Positions 9,410 through 18,911 of a stretch of 64,000 bases of DNA are shown here, in pieces (the stretch's first letter is position 1; every line of letters starts with the position of its first letter). The stretch is from NCBI GenBank assembly GCA_034439575.1, contig JAWXAQ010000027.1, positions 352,001-416,000 on the forward strand, given 5' to 3'. The position numbers and the translations under genes were made by a program. The notes under the pieces are model-generated. The model was not told the origin of the DNA and ran no database searches. It saw nothing but the letters and a program-made list of their open reading frames with translations. The stretch is from Leptospira sp. GTDB taxonomy: Bacteria > Spirochaetota > Leptospiria > Leptospirales > Leptospiraceae.

Positions 9410-11375
9410 CGAAATCGCCAGTTGCAAGTTCCCTTTCCCATCCACGGTTTTTGGGCTTCACCAAACTGATTTCATTGCCGAGTTCAAGCATATCAGCTTC
9501 CATAAGTAATTTACCTTTTCTCTCAAATCGTACAATTGATTTTTGAGAAAGGCCACTTTGTTTACCGAGTGAGATTAGAACTTCCGTCTCTTTTACTTTT
9601 AAAATTTTACCTTCAATTGGTAATATTTTTTTAACTTTTTCGGCAATCCTTGCAACGATTGTAGAAAGACTGTCTCTTCCTTTTTGGTTTGTTTTCCAAT
9701 GTCCTATATCTTTGGATGTGAATCTATCATAAAGACTAATATCTAAATCAATTGTATCGTTTTGAAATTCATAATTACCATGTAACACATAACGAATTTT
9801 ATCTTTATTGATCCTAAGGGCATCTAAATTATGTAATGATTCGACAGAAAAAGGGATTGTTTTTGTATATGGGTGAAAGTTTGTTTCTCGTATTTGATCT
9901 CGAATTTTTAAAAATTCTTTATCTTCAGGTAATCGAACATGGAAAATATTTTTTAATTCGTAGCGAAGAGCGCGTGCTAGAAGGCGGCCTCCTGGATAAT
10001 GTTCTGGAAATGGAACTCTTGATTCCAGATCAAATACATACACTTCAGGGGTATAAGAAACAGAATTTGTTAATATACCTTTTGGTTCAATTTGGAAAAG
10101 TCCTTCTCTTGATTCGAGTGAAGTTTTAAGGGATTTAATGGCGAATTCCAATTTATTTTGTAATTTGAAATTTTTTGGATCTTCTTCTCTTAGTTTAATG
10201 AGTAAATTGATATATTTTACTGCATCTCCGTTCAGATCGTAATCATTTAAGAGTTCGCCTCTTACGTTCATGGGAGTTAGGTCTTTTGCTCGCAGTAAAT
10301 GAAATCTGGCACTCTTATAATAAAGGGAAAATTTCTCTGCCAAAAATCTTTCCTTTCTATAATCACCCAGTTCCCTTCGAAATTTAGAATCTTCCTTGAG
10401 AGATTTAATGGCAAATTCTTCGGCTTCCAAACGTGAAATTTCGTCCATATCATCTAAATGTAAAGTGCGACGATAATGAAATTCCGAAAATTTATCTCGA
10501 CCGAGCTCCTCGCCAAGACTTGCTTCTAATGAATGATAATACTTATTCTCAGGAAATTCACGAGCCAATTCATATATGAGTTTAAATGCTTGTTCGAGTA
10601 ATGCTTTATCAATGTTTGTTTGTTTATATGCCTCTATTATTTTTAGCTGAACAAGAAGTAAACGAGAAGCTTCATGTTTTTCTTCTAAATTTAAAGCATT
10701 TTGTAAATTTATTTCTGCATCTTTTAAAGAATTTATTAAATTGGGAACTTGGAAATAATTTCGATACAAATTCAGTTTTGCTAATAAATAAAATCCGTTG
10801 GGATCGCTTGGTACTAGAGATATATATTTAGATAAACTATTATCAGCATCTTGCCATTTATTGCTTAATAAATATAGCTCAACTAACATCTTTTCCACAT
10901 CGGCAGGATGATTGAGTTTTTCACTAAGCCTTTGCAATTTATAGATGGCTAATTCTTTTTTTTGGACACTTAAAAGAAACTTAGCTTCCAAGATGCGAAG
11001 TCCAGTATGATTTGGAAATTCTTCGAGTAGAGGATCAATCCTTTTTGGGACTTCGGTTATCTCATTTAATTCTAAATTGATTTCGGATAATCCGATTACG
11101 GCATCAAAATTTTTTGAGTAACGATTTAGAATTTCCGAATATGCTCTTTTGGCATCATTGTATGAGCCCAAAGATTTCGAACATTGTGCATAACCTAATT
11201 TTGCTTCTACGGAATTAGGATTTAATTTTAATGCATTCTGAAAATTAATGATGGCTCTGCCACAATTTCCCTGGATTTGCTTTTCTTTCCCTAAATTCAA
11301 TTCGTCAATAGCTGTTTCTGCAAAAACAGATATATTAAAAAGTAGCCATAGACAAATTAAAAATTTAGTTTTCAT
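9366..11375 (-). CDS. Secreted TPR protein with CsgG/TolB-N-like and FlgT-C-like C-terminal region
   Basis: Signal peptide from ATG 11375, several TPRs, C-terminal IEGKILKV...VLISLGKQSGL. Confidence 0.75.
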   Translation of the reverse strand: MKTKFLICLWLLFNISVFAETAIDELNLGKEKQIQGNCGRAIINFQNALKLNPNSVEAKLGYAQCSKSLGSYNDAKRAYSEILNRYSKNFDAVIGLSEINLELNEITEVPKRIDPLLEEFPNHTGLRILEAKFLLSVQKKELAIYKLQRLSEKLNHPADVEKMLVELYLLSNKWQDADNSLSKYISLVPSDPNGFYLLAKLNLYRNYFQVPNLINSLKDAEINLQNALNLEEKHEASRLLLVQLKIIEAYKQTNIDKALLEQAFKLIYELAREFPENKYYHSLEASLGEELGRDKFSEFHYRRTLHLDDMDEISRLEAEEFAIKSLKEDSKFRRELGDYRKERFLAEKFSLYYKSARFHLLRAKDLTPMNVRGELLNDYDLNGDAVKYINLLIKLREEDPKNFKLQNKLEFAIKSLKTSLESREGLFQIEPKGILTNSVSYTPEVYVFDLESRVPFPEHYPGGRLLARALRYELKNIFHVRLPEDKEFLKIRDQIRETNFHPYTKTIPFSVESLHNLDALRINKDKIRYVLHGNYEFQNDTIDLDISLYDRFTSKDIGHWKTNQKGRDSLSTIVARIAEKVKKILPIEGKILKVKETEVLISLGKQSGLSQKSIVRFERKGKLLMEADMLELGNEISLVKPKNRGWERELATGDFVTVHLTEDKGSKNN

Positions 11376-13422
11376 TTGGAACAAAGTATCCCGCCTCATC
11401 TTTTCCTTTTACACCACGATGATCTACTTCTACCGTTAAATTTATAAAACGATCAATAAGCTCGGGGTTGATATCGGTTTTATAAGACAATATATATCGA
11501 TTATCATAATTATTTCTTAATATCTGATATAAATTTCTTTCATCACCTTCACCATCTAAGTAAATATACTTTCCCTTAGTAGGTTCTGTCACATCAGACC
11601 AAAAACGTTTTGATGAAGTTTTATTATTTGTGCTAAGTACATAGATGGGTATAGAATGAGCTTTAGAAAATTCTATGATTCTTGTTTTCGAATATTGTAA
11701 AAAACTTTGATCATTTGTATCTCCAGAAACTAAAAAAATTAAAGCTCTGGGTCCAATATTTTGTGATAATTTTAATAAAGCCGTTAAAGCCGATTTTCCA
11801 AAATTAAATTTTTCTTCCTTTTTTGAATCACGAATTTTTGCTAAAATTTCTAACTTAGATTGAGTGAAAGGTAAAATCAAATTTGTATCTTTTCCAGATC
11901 TATATAAAGACAAATTGTCCCATTCTGTTAAAGAATTAAAAAAAGGAGTTAATGAATCATTGATGATAGGAATAGCTTTACTTAAAGCATCACTATTTTC
12001 ATAAACAAATGCTACATTCATTTTTTCATTGATTTTGTTTCTTTTGGCAAGAGAGAAAAGGGGAGTCATATTATCATTTTCATACACTCGGAATGCAAGT
12101 CTGTCCACTCCAATGATTTCATCACCCGAGCGATTTCTAAGCCGTGTATAAATATGAATGTTTGGAAAATTGCTAGTATCTATACTTTCCACTCTAAGAT
12201 CGAGTGAAGAGAGTAGGCTATTTTTTTCAGTGAATATATCAATTCTATGCCTTGCATAATCCAATGCATAAAATGATCCCGACGAATCAATGTTAACTGA
12301 AAATGGGCGAGTTAAGACTCGATACACTCCATTTTTGTCTCTAAATCTAGGTAATAATTTCCAATCACCAGCATCGAGTGAATAAGACCAAATTCCCGTT
12401 AACTCATCGGTCAAATAAATTTGATTTTCTATGATTTTGATATTGCGAGGTTTTTTCCATTCAGATCGAGTGATTTCTTGAACCACATTTCCATCTAAAT
12501 CAAAAACCAAAACTCTTTGGTTATCTTTATCAACGACATAAATCTGATCTTTATAGAAGGTTAGACCTGCCGGATTTTTTAAAATATTTTTGCCAGAACC
12601 TGAAAATTCAATTTCAAAGAGACCTTTTTCATTAAATTTTTGCACTCGATTGTTTCCAGCATCACTCACATAAAAGTTTCCATTGAAATCAAAACTAATT
12701 CCTGAGGGTCCATGAAATAAACCAGGAGAATTTCCCGGTCCACCTATGGTCTGTAAAATCTTTCCGCCAGTATCGAAAACTAAAATCTCATCTCTTCCAA
12801 AGTCACAAAGATAAATTTTATTTTTAAATGAGGCAATTGAAACAGGTTTATCTATTTTTTTTGTAAAGTTACCTTTCCAATTCGATAACGGTTCACCATT
12901 TGCATTAAACTTAATAACATTGGAAGTTCCAAAGCCAGCAACATAGAAGTTTCCTTCTGAATCAAAAGTCATATCGACTGGATTTCTAAATCTATTATTT
13001 CTAAAATTATCACCTTCTAGAGTTTTAAAATAAATGCGTTCCAGCGGTGTGCTACCACCAGCAATCGCAAGTCTCAATACTTCAATTTTATTTTGAATTA
13101 ACAAATCATTCTTTCTTTGGGAAGAAAGAATTTCTAATTCTTCTAATGATTGCTCCCATTCACCTAGCAAATAGTAGTTGTTCGCTAGCTCTAAACGTGC
13201 CAAAGAAAAATCTTTTTTCAATTGAACCGCTTTTTGAAATCTTTCTTTCGCGGCAGAATATTGTTTTAGGTTTCTGTAGGTGAGTCCACGTTTAAATTCT
13301 TCCTTAGCAGATTCCTCATTGAGAGTGAAATTGGGAAAATCTATAGGAACGATTTGGGTTGCCACCAAAAAGACTAAAAAGCTAAGAATTCGTCTCAAAA
13401 CAGTTTTCCTCTCCCTATCCAA
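11365..13422 (-). CDS. TPR + NHL-repeat beta-propeller + VWA-like protein
   Basis: N-terminal TPRs, NHL repeats (FRNPVD, FHGPSGI..D..GNFYVSDAGNNRVQKF), IDTSNFPNI linker, degenerate VWA. Confidence 0.85.
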   Translation of the reverse strand: MDRERKTVLRRILSFLVFLVATQIVPIDFPNFTLNEESAKEEFKRGLTYRNLKQYSAAKERFQKAVQLKKDFSLARLELANNYYLLGEWEQSLEELEILSSQRKNDLLIQNKIEVLRLAIAGGSTPLERIYFKTLEGDNFRNNRFRNPVDMTFDSEGNFYVAGFGTSNVIKFNANGEPLSNWKGNFTKKIDKPVSIASFKNKIYLCDFGRDEILVFDTGGKILQTIGGPGNSPGLFHGPSGISFDFNGNFYVSDAGNNRVQKFNEKGLFEIEFSGSGKNILKNPAGLTFYKDQIYVVDKDNQRVLVFDLDGNVVQEITRSEWKKPRNIKIIENQIYLTDELTGIWSYSLDAGDWKLLPRFRDKNGVYRVLTRPFSVNIDSSGSFYALDYARHRIDIFTEKNSLLSSLDLRVESIDTSNFPNIHIYTRLRNRSGDEIIGVDRLAFRVYENDNMTPLFSLAKRNKINEKMNVAFVYENSDALSKAIPIINDSLTPFFNSLTEWDNLSLYRSGKDTNLILPFTQSKLEILAKIRDSKKEEKFNFGKSALTALLKLSQNIGPRALIFLVSGDTNDQSFLQYSKTRIIEFSKAHSIPIYVLSTNNKTSSKRFWSDVTEPTKGKYIYLDGEGDERNLYQILRNNYDNRYILSYKTDINPELIDRFINLTVEVDHRGVKGKDEAGYFVPNEN

Positions 13423-13533
13423 TGGGACATAATCCAGAAGTCAATCCAGAACTGTGATTTTCCGTGCAAATCCTGAATTCTACTTCTTTATTCTCGACAT
13501 AAACTCCAATTCTCCCAACATGGAATTGCCCTT

Positions 13534-15123
13534 ATGTCCCCTGAAACCATTGAAAAAGAGGTAAAGAGACGGCGAACTTTTGCCATCATTGCCCATCCCG
13601 ATGCCGGAAAAACGACTTTAACCGAAAAACTCCTATTGTATGGGGGTGCGATCCAGTTGGCTGGTGCCGTAAAGGCTCGCAAACAAGGTAAATCGGCCAC
13701 TTCCGATTGGATGGCGATGGAGAAAGAAAGAGGGATTTCTATCACATCAGCGGCTTTGCAATTTGAATACAAAGATGCGATTTTAAACCTACTGGATACT
13801 CCCGGCCATGAAGATTTTTCTGAAGATACATACCGTACACTTATGGCGGCAGATACAGCCGTTATGGTCTTAGATGCTGGAAAGGGAGTCGAGCCACAAA
13901 CTATAAAATTATTTCGTGTTTGTCGGGATCGTGGAATTCCGATCATTACATTTATCAATAAAATGGATCGTCCGACAAAAGATCTTTATGCTTTGTTAGA
14001 CGAAATAGAAAAAGTTCTCGGGATCAAAGCAGTTCCGGACGTTTGGCCACTCGGAACAGGTTTTGATTTTAAGGGAGTCTACGATTTACGGGATAAACAA
14101 TTATTTCTCTTTGATCGGACCCCAGGTGGAAAACAAAAATCGGCATTTCGGATCTCAGGTCCCAATGATAAAGAATTAGATGCTCAGTTTGATGCAGAAA
14201 TACTTTCAAGCTTTAGAGAACAAATTGATTTAGTTGAGAATGGCATTGGATCAGTGGATTTAAATTCCTTTTTGGTTGGTCGTGAAACACCTGTTTATTT
14301 TGGATCTGCTGTCAATAATTTTGGTATTGAATTGTTTCTAAACAAATTTCTAGCTCTTGCCCCAGCTCCAGATCATATTCCATTAAGAGACGGAAATTTA
14401 CTTGATCCAGTCAATTCTCCGTTTAGTGCCTTCGTTTTTAAAGTACAAGCAAACATGAATAAGGCGCATCGAGATCGAATTGCTTTTTTGCGTGTTTGTT
14501 CTGGCGTTTTTGAAAGAGGATTGAATGTTAATCATAACCGATTGGACAAACAAGTTAAACTATCTTCTTCATTTGCCTTTTTTGGCCAAGATAGAAATAC
14601 TGTAGATCTCGCCTATCCAGGCGACATCATAGGATTAGTTAATCCTGGAACATTTAAGATTGGTGATATTTTATCTAATGGTGTAGCACCGATGCTTCGT
14701 CCACTTCCCAGTTTTGCGCCGGAATTATTTGCAACGATTTCATGCCGTGATACCTTACAATTAAAATCTTTCAAAAAAGGTTTGGACCAATTGGCAGAAG
14801 AAGGCATCTTACATTTGTTTACTTCAAGAACCATTGGTGGTGGCGTTCCTATCATCGGAGCTATGGGTAAATTGCAATTTGAAGTATTTCAAAGGCGACT
14901 CAAAGATGAATACAATGCTGAAACTAATTTGCATATACTTCCCTATAGCGTATCCAGATGGATTTCCAAGGAAGACATTTCTAAAGTGCCAAGTAATGCA
15001 AATTTGGTGGAAGATATGTTTGGCAATCCATCTTTACTTTTTGATACAGAATGGGATATGAATTACTTTGTCAAAAATAATGAAGATCTCACTCTACTTA
15101 GTTCACCTGAAATTCAAGAATAG
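13534..15123 (+). CDS. prfC: Peptide chain release factor 3
   Basis: RRRTFAIIAHPDAGKTTLTEKLL, SDWMAMEKERGISI, DTPGHEDFSEDTYR, HRDRIAF. Confidence 0.97.
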   Translation: MSPETIEKEVKRRRTFAIIAHPDAGKTTLTEKLLLYGGAIQLAGAVKARKQGKSATSDWMAMEKERGISITSAALQFEYKDAILNLLDTPGHEDFSEDTYRTLMAADTAVMVLDAGKGVEPQTIKLFRVCRDRGIPIITFINKMDRPTKDLYALLDEIEKVLGIKAVPDVWPLGTGFDFKGVYDLRDKQLFLFDRTPGGKQKSAFRISGPNDKELDAQFDAEILSSFREQIDLVENGIGSVDLNSFLVGRETPVYFGSAVNNFGIELFLNKFLALAPAPDHIPLRDGNLLDPVNSPFSAFVFKVQANMNKAHRDRIAFLRVCSGVFERGLNVNHNRLDKQVKLSSSFAFFGQDRNTVDLAYPGDIIGLVNPGTFKIGDILSNGVAPMLRPLPSFAPELFATISCRDTLQLKSFKKGLDQLAEEGILHLFTSRTIGGGVPIIGAMGKLQFEVFQRRLKDEYNAETNLHILPYSVSRWISKEDISKVPSNANLVEDMFGNPSLLFDTEWDMNYFVKNNEDLTLLSSPEIQE

Positions 15124-15158
15124 AATTTATATAAATACTATTAACAGATTTAATCTTT

Positions 15159-17126
15159 TTATTTTAATATATTTCTATAAAATTTTTCAAATTCTTTGAT
15201 TTCAATTCCAATCCAAGTGATATCATCTGGGTATCCTACGCCTTGCGCGTGACTTTTTATCTCATCCACTAAGTTTGATTTTGTTTCATTGAGAGACAAT
15301 TGTTTAGCATTCTTAAAAAATTGAATCAGATTTTCTCCACCAATTGATTCTTGTTTTGAATTTCTTACGTCTGTTAGTCCATCAGTAAACATAAAAAATC
15401 TATCACCTTTATTAATATCAAATTCTAAAATTTTAGGCACAAAGGATGGAAGCATCCCGAGCATAGGATTTAATCTTTCTGGAACCTTTACATTGCCATC
15501 AGGTTGAATATGGATCATACCTGGGTGACCCGCATTCGCATAGTGGGCTTTTTGGATATTAAAATCAAATATGATAAAATGAAAGGGAACAAATGAAAGT
15601 GCTTCTGGAAGATTATCTCTAACACCTGAATTCATTTTTAATAGGATTTGACTCGGTTCTGTTGTCTCTTTCAGAATTTGGTGAAATAATACCCTAACAA
15701 CAGTCATCATCATCGCAGCTTGAACACCATGTCCAACTATATCACCCAAAACAAATAAATATTTGTTATCATTTAGTTTTATAAAATCATAATAGTCCCC
15801 ACTAACATGAAGTAGGGGTAAATAGTAGAAATCATATTCTATTTCAGGGATTTTAATGAGATTTTGTGGTAGATATTTTTTTTGCAATATCTTTGCATAA
15901 ACCATTTCTTTTTCAAATTCTAATTTTTTGGCTGAAATATCTTGAACGATAATCAGTGTCCCCCTAGGGATACTTGAATTGTTTTCCAAAAACCATAAAT
16001 GCAGTTCAATTTCTAAAAATATCTTCTCTCCATCATTTGATACAGTTTCCCATTCTTCAATGCGAGTTCTTGCCGTGATTTCTTTATTTCCATAAACTTG
16101 ATCTAGAAATTTTTTAGCTTCCTGATTTAATTTTTCATACACTGACATTTTATCAATAAAGAGATCTCTGATAGAAATTTCAGATTCTAGATTTGGATTG
16201 CTTAATAATTCCTTTCCATCTGCATCATATAACATCGCTGCATGTGGGAACTCTCGAAAAACAATGTTTAGTTTTCTTTTGTCTTCCATTTCTCGTCCCG
16301 AAATCAAGGCAGAGAATATTAGAGAAATAGCAAAAAGTAATAGTAAAAATAAAACGTTCTTTATGAAATTATCTCGCACCGGAACTAACATCGTTTCTTT
16401 GGGGCTACTTACAAATAGATGAAAGGGCAATCCGTACATAGGAAAACTGGATAAAAAATATCCTTCCTTATTTACTTCCACATCTCTGATTTTTGGAAGT
16501 TTTTCATTTTCACTTGCATGTTTGGCTAAAATTTCAAACCATTCTGATGGAATTCTAAAATCAGATTCTATTTGGCTAGATAAACCAAAATCACCGTCTT
16601 GATTTAAAAGAAAAATCGATTCATTCGGTTCACTAAATGGTGAATCAAGCAATAGATCTTCTAAAAATTCTGCAGAATAAATCCAATAATTTTTATTTTC
16701 ATAAAGTAAAATCCAATTTTTTTGAACGTTATCATAAGGGCAGGTAAATTGAAATATTTTTCTAATTCCGTAGCTAAATGTTAGTTGATTTTCGTTAAGA
16801 CATTGGTTAAAAACTTTATTTTCTTCCAAATCGTTTCTATTTCCAGTCCAGAAGTAATTTTTTTCCTTTGACTGAGTTGATAAATGATCCCTTATGTGAT
16901 TTTCAAAATCTATGGACATCAACTGAACGCGCGTTAATTGAAATCTGTAGTTCCAGTCTAAGGTTTCTTTATAATTTTGGTATAAAAAATTGGAAATAAA
17001 AAAAGCAAAAGGTAAAATGACAAAAACTATTAGTGAAATAAAAAGTTTTAAAAAAGACTTGGTTTTGAAAATATCAAATGTTCCACGGAGGGGCCTAAAT
17101 TTTAACTTTAGCTCTCCTGGTTTCAT
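15159..17126 (-). CDS. Membrane-bound PP2C/SpoIIE family phosphatase (extracytoplasmic sensor, PAS-like, SpoIIE)
   Basis: Two TM helices flank a sensor region; VSGDYYD, GDIVGHGVQAA, NAGHP, FTDGL, DDIT. Confidence 0.9.
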   Translation of the reverse strand: MKPGELKLKFRPLRGTFDIFKTKSFLKLFISLIVFVILPFAFFISNFLYQNYKETLDWNYRFQLTRVQLMSIDFENHIRDHLSTQSKEKNYFWTGNRNDLEENKVFNQCLNENQLTFSYGIRKIFQFTCPYDNVQKNWILLYENKNYWIYSAEFLEDLLLDSPFSEPNESIFLLNQDGDFGLSSQIESDFRIPSEWFEILAKHASENEKLPKIRDVEVNKEGYFLSSFPMYGLPFHLFVSSPKETMLVPVRDNFIKNVLFLLLLFAISLIFSALISGREMEDKRKLNIVFREFPHAAMLYDADGKELLSNPNLESEISIRDLFIDKMSVYEKLNQEAKKFLDQVYGNKEITARTRIEEWETVSNDGEKIFLEIELHLWFLENNSSIPRGTLIIVQDISAKKLEFEKEMVYAKILQKKYLPQNLIKIPEIEYDFYYLPLLHVSGDYYDFIKLNDNKYLFVLGDIVGHGVQAAMMMTVVRVLFHQILKETTEPSQILLKMNSGVRDNLPEALSFVPFHFIIFDFNIQKAHYANAGHPGMIHIQPDGNVKVPERLNPMLGMLPSFVPKILEFDINKGDRFFMFTDGLTDVRNSKQESIGGENLIQFFKNAKQLSLNETKSNLVDEIKSHAQGVGYPDDITWIGIEIKEFEKFYRNILK

Positions 17127-17127
17127 G

Positions 17128-18081
17128 TTAATTCGTTAATAGAATTATATTATAATTAGCTGATTCTGTATTTCCTAATCTATCAACGCTGTAATATTCA
17201 AAATAAATTTTGTCCTTACATCCATAATTCGTTGTTTCAGAGATAGGAATTTGAGTGTCATACTTTTTCCAATTGGATTTAGTGTTTAAATCACAAACAA
17301 ATCTATAAAAAGTAGATTCTATACCAGAACCAATATCTATGGAATTCAGTTTGAGAAATGTATTTCCAGAAATAAACTTAAAATCACGAGTATTGAATGT
17401 TTCACCAATGATTTGATAGTCTGTATTTGGTGGCGTAAAATCGATATGGAAATTATAACGATTCAATTTTTCTTTATTTCCTAAAGTATCAATTCCATAG
17501 AACTCTAATTGATATTCTCCATCTTTCTCAAATACCAAGGATTCATTTTTTATATTTTGCCAGGGCTTTTCATTGATTCGATACACATACGTTATTTCTT
17601 TTTTGGACTCATTCGAATCACGCAAGAGAATCTTTGGGCTTACCAAATAATTCACTTCCTTTTGATTCTCCGATTTCAGTGTTATAAATGTATCTGTAAT
17701 TACAATGGGTTTGGGGACTTCAAATTTGGTTGTGTCTTTCGTTTTTGGAGTCAGAGGATATCTTTTGATTGGATTTAGTTCTGTCCAATACCCACGGATA
17801 TTGAGTCGAGCAACAGCCCTTACGCGAAAAAAATTTGCATTTGAGGGTGGAGTGATCACCACGCGACCGCGAGGAACTGTTTTTTGTATGGGCGTTTCTA
17901 CTTTGTTTTTTAAGTCTGATTGGTTCCAAAATTCAATTTCATATTCTTTGATAATTGGATTTTTTTCATCCAATAACAAGGTCATCTGAAAGGGGATTTC
18001 TTCCGATTGAAGAGAGATTAAAAATATGTGAAAAAATAAAATAATAAGAGATTTAGAAATGAAGGAAGAACGAAACCTCAT
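17128..18081 (-). CDS. Secreted protein with FN3-like and OmpL47-type Ig-like domains
   Basis: Signal peptide; FRVRAV...GYW; repeats DGEYQLEFYGIDTLGNKE...IDFTPP and DIGSGI...YYSVDRLGNTE. Confidence 0.75.
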   Translation of the reverse strand: MRFRSSFISKSLIILFFHIFLISLQSEEIPFQMTLLLDEKNPIIKEYEIEFWNQSDLKNKVETPIQKTVPRGRVVITPPSNANFFRVRAVARLNIRGYWTELNPIKRYPLTPKTKDTTKFEVPKPIVITDTFITLKSENQKEVNYLVSPKILLRDSNESKKEITYVYRINEKPWQNIKNESLVFEKDGEYQLEFYGIDTLGNKEKLNRYNFHIDFTPPNTDYQIIGETFNTRDFKFISGNTFLKLNSIDIGSGIESTFYRFVCDLNTKSNWKKYDTQIPISETTNYGCKDKIYFEYYSVDRLGNTESANYNIILLTN

Positions 18082-18635
18082 GGTTGGATTTTTGGTGCTT
18101 CTGGGATCAAAAACGGAGTCATTGGAGGTTTCCCTTTTTCTACAAATGTGGCATAACCAGCATTAACTTCAACAGTCTCATTTTGGGCGCTGACAGCGAC
18201 TTTGCCTTCATAACAAGCAAGACTCGTATTTTCTTTTTCATCCACTTCTGTAATAAATTCTGTTCCTTTCACATCTGCAATGGCTGCAGGAGTCCTAAGG
18301 ATCAGCATTTTTTTCATCGAAGAACCATTTGCTTTGGAAACGATAGCTTTCAATCTCCCTTTTCGGAGAAAGAAACTATCAGGTTCTGATTCATTTTTGA
18401 CTCGTTCTACAAGCATATGGCTGTTTGGCGACATTTCGAGCTCTGAACCGTTATTTAATCTCAGAGCGAGCTTTGATTCCATATCAGTCTTAGCTTCATC
18501 GCGTAAAAATAGTCCCGTACCGATATGCGCCAGATTCCAGTTAGTTTCCTTTTTGGAATGTAAAAAAACTTCTGTTTGGCCTATACTTTGAATCACTTCG
18601 GCAATGGGTTTTTTCCCAAACTGGCTGGAATCCAA
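18078..18635 (-). CDS. FecR domain fragment (C-terminal part of the split gene)
   Basis: LRLNNGSELEMSPNS, LRKGRL, RTPAAIADVKGTEF, CYEGKVAV. No convincing start of its own. Confidence 0.6.
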   Translation of the reverse strand: MDSSQFGKKPIAEVIQSIGQTEVFLHSKKETNWNLAHIGTGLFLRDEAKTDMESKLALRLNNGSELEMSPNSHMLVERVKNESEPDSFFLRKGRLKAIVSKANGSSMKKMLILRTPAAIADVKGTEFITEVDEKENTSLACYEGKVAVSAQNETVEVNAGYATFVEKGKPPMTPFLIPEAPKIQP

Positions 18636-18907
18636 AGTTTCATTCCAGGCATAATTAAATTTGGATTATCGATTTTATTTGATTTGAGTAATTCTTTCCA
18701 TTTTCTTGGGTCATCCAAATAAGTTTTAGAGATGACGGACAATGTTTGCCCTTTTTCTACAAGGATAGTGATGCCATCCTTGCCATGTTCGGAATTACTA
18801 TCAGCTGTTAGAATTGTTAAAAAAGAATAAAATAATATTAAAAAGAAGTAAGAAAGATTCTTGAAAGAGAATTTCAAATTCAGAGAATTCTTTCTTACTT
18901 TGATCAT
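18593..18907 (-). CDS. LysM domain fragment with signal peptide (N-terminal part of the split gene)
   Basis: VEKGQTLSVIS..YL.DPRKWKELLKSNKIDNPNLIMPGMKLWIP. Confidence 0.65.
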   Translation of the reverse strand: MIKVRKNSLNLKFSFKNLSYFFLILFYSFLTILTADSNSEHGKDGITILVEKGQTLSVISKTYLDDPRKWKELLKSNKIDNPNLIMPGMKLWIPASLGKNPLPK

Positions 18908-18911
18908 TTAA

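Larger units (their letters stand above)
18078..18907 (-). pseudogene. LysM + FecR domain protein interrupted by a -1 frameshift (pseudogene, sequencing error or recoded gene)
   Basis: LysM ORF (18593..18907) and FecR ORF (18078..18635) overlap at GGG-AAAAAA-CCC. One extra A gives a continuous 276-aa ...WIPASLGKKPIAEV... protein. Confidence 0.75.

Noticed and set aside
13488-13958. 156-aa minus-strand ORF
   Set aside because: Antisense shadow of the conserved prfC G-domain.
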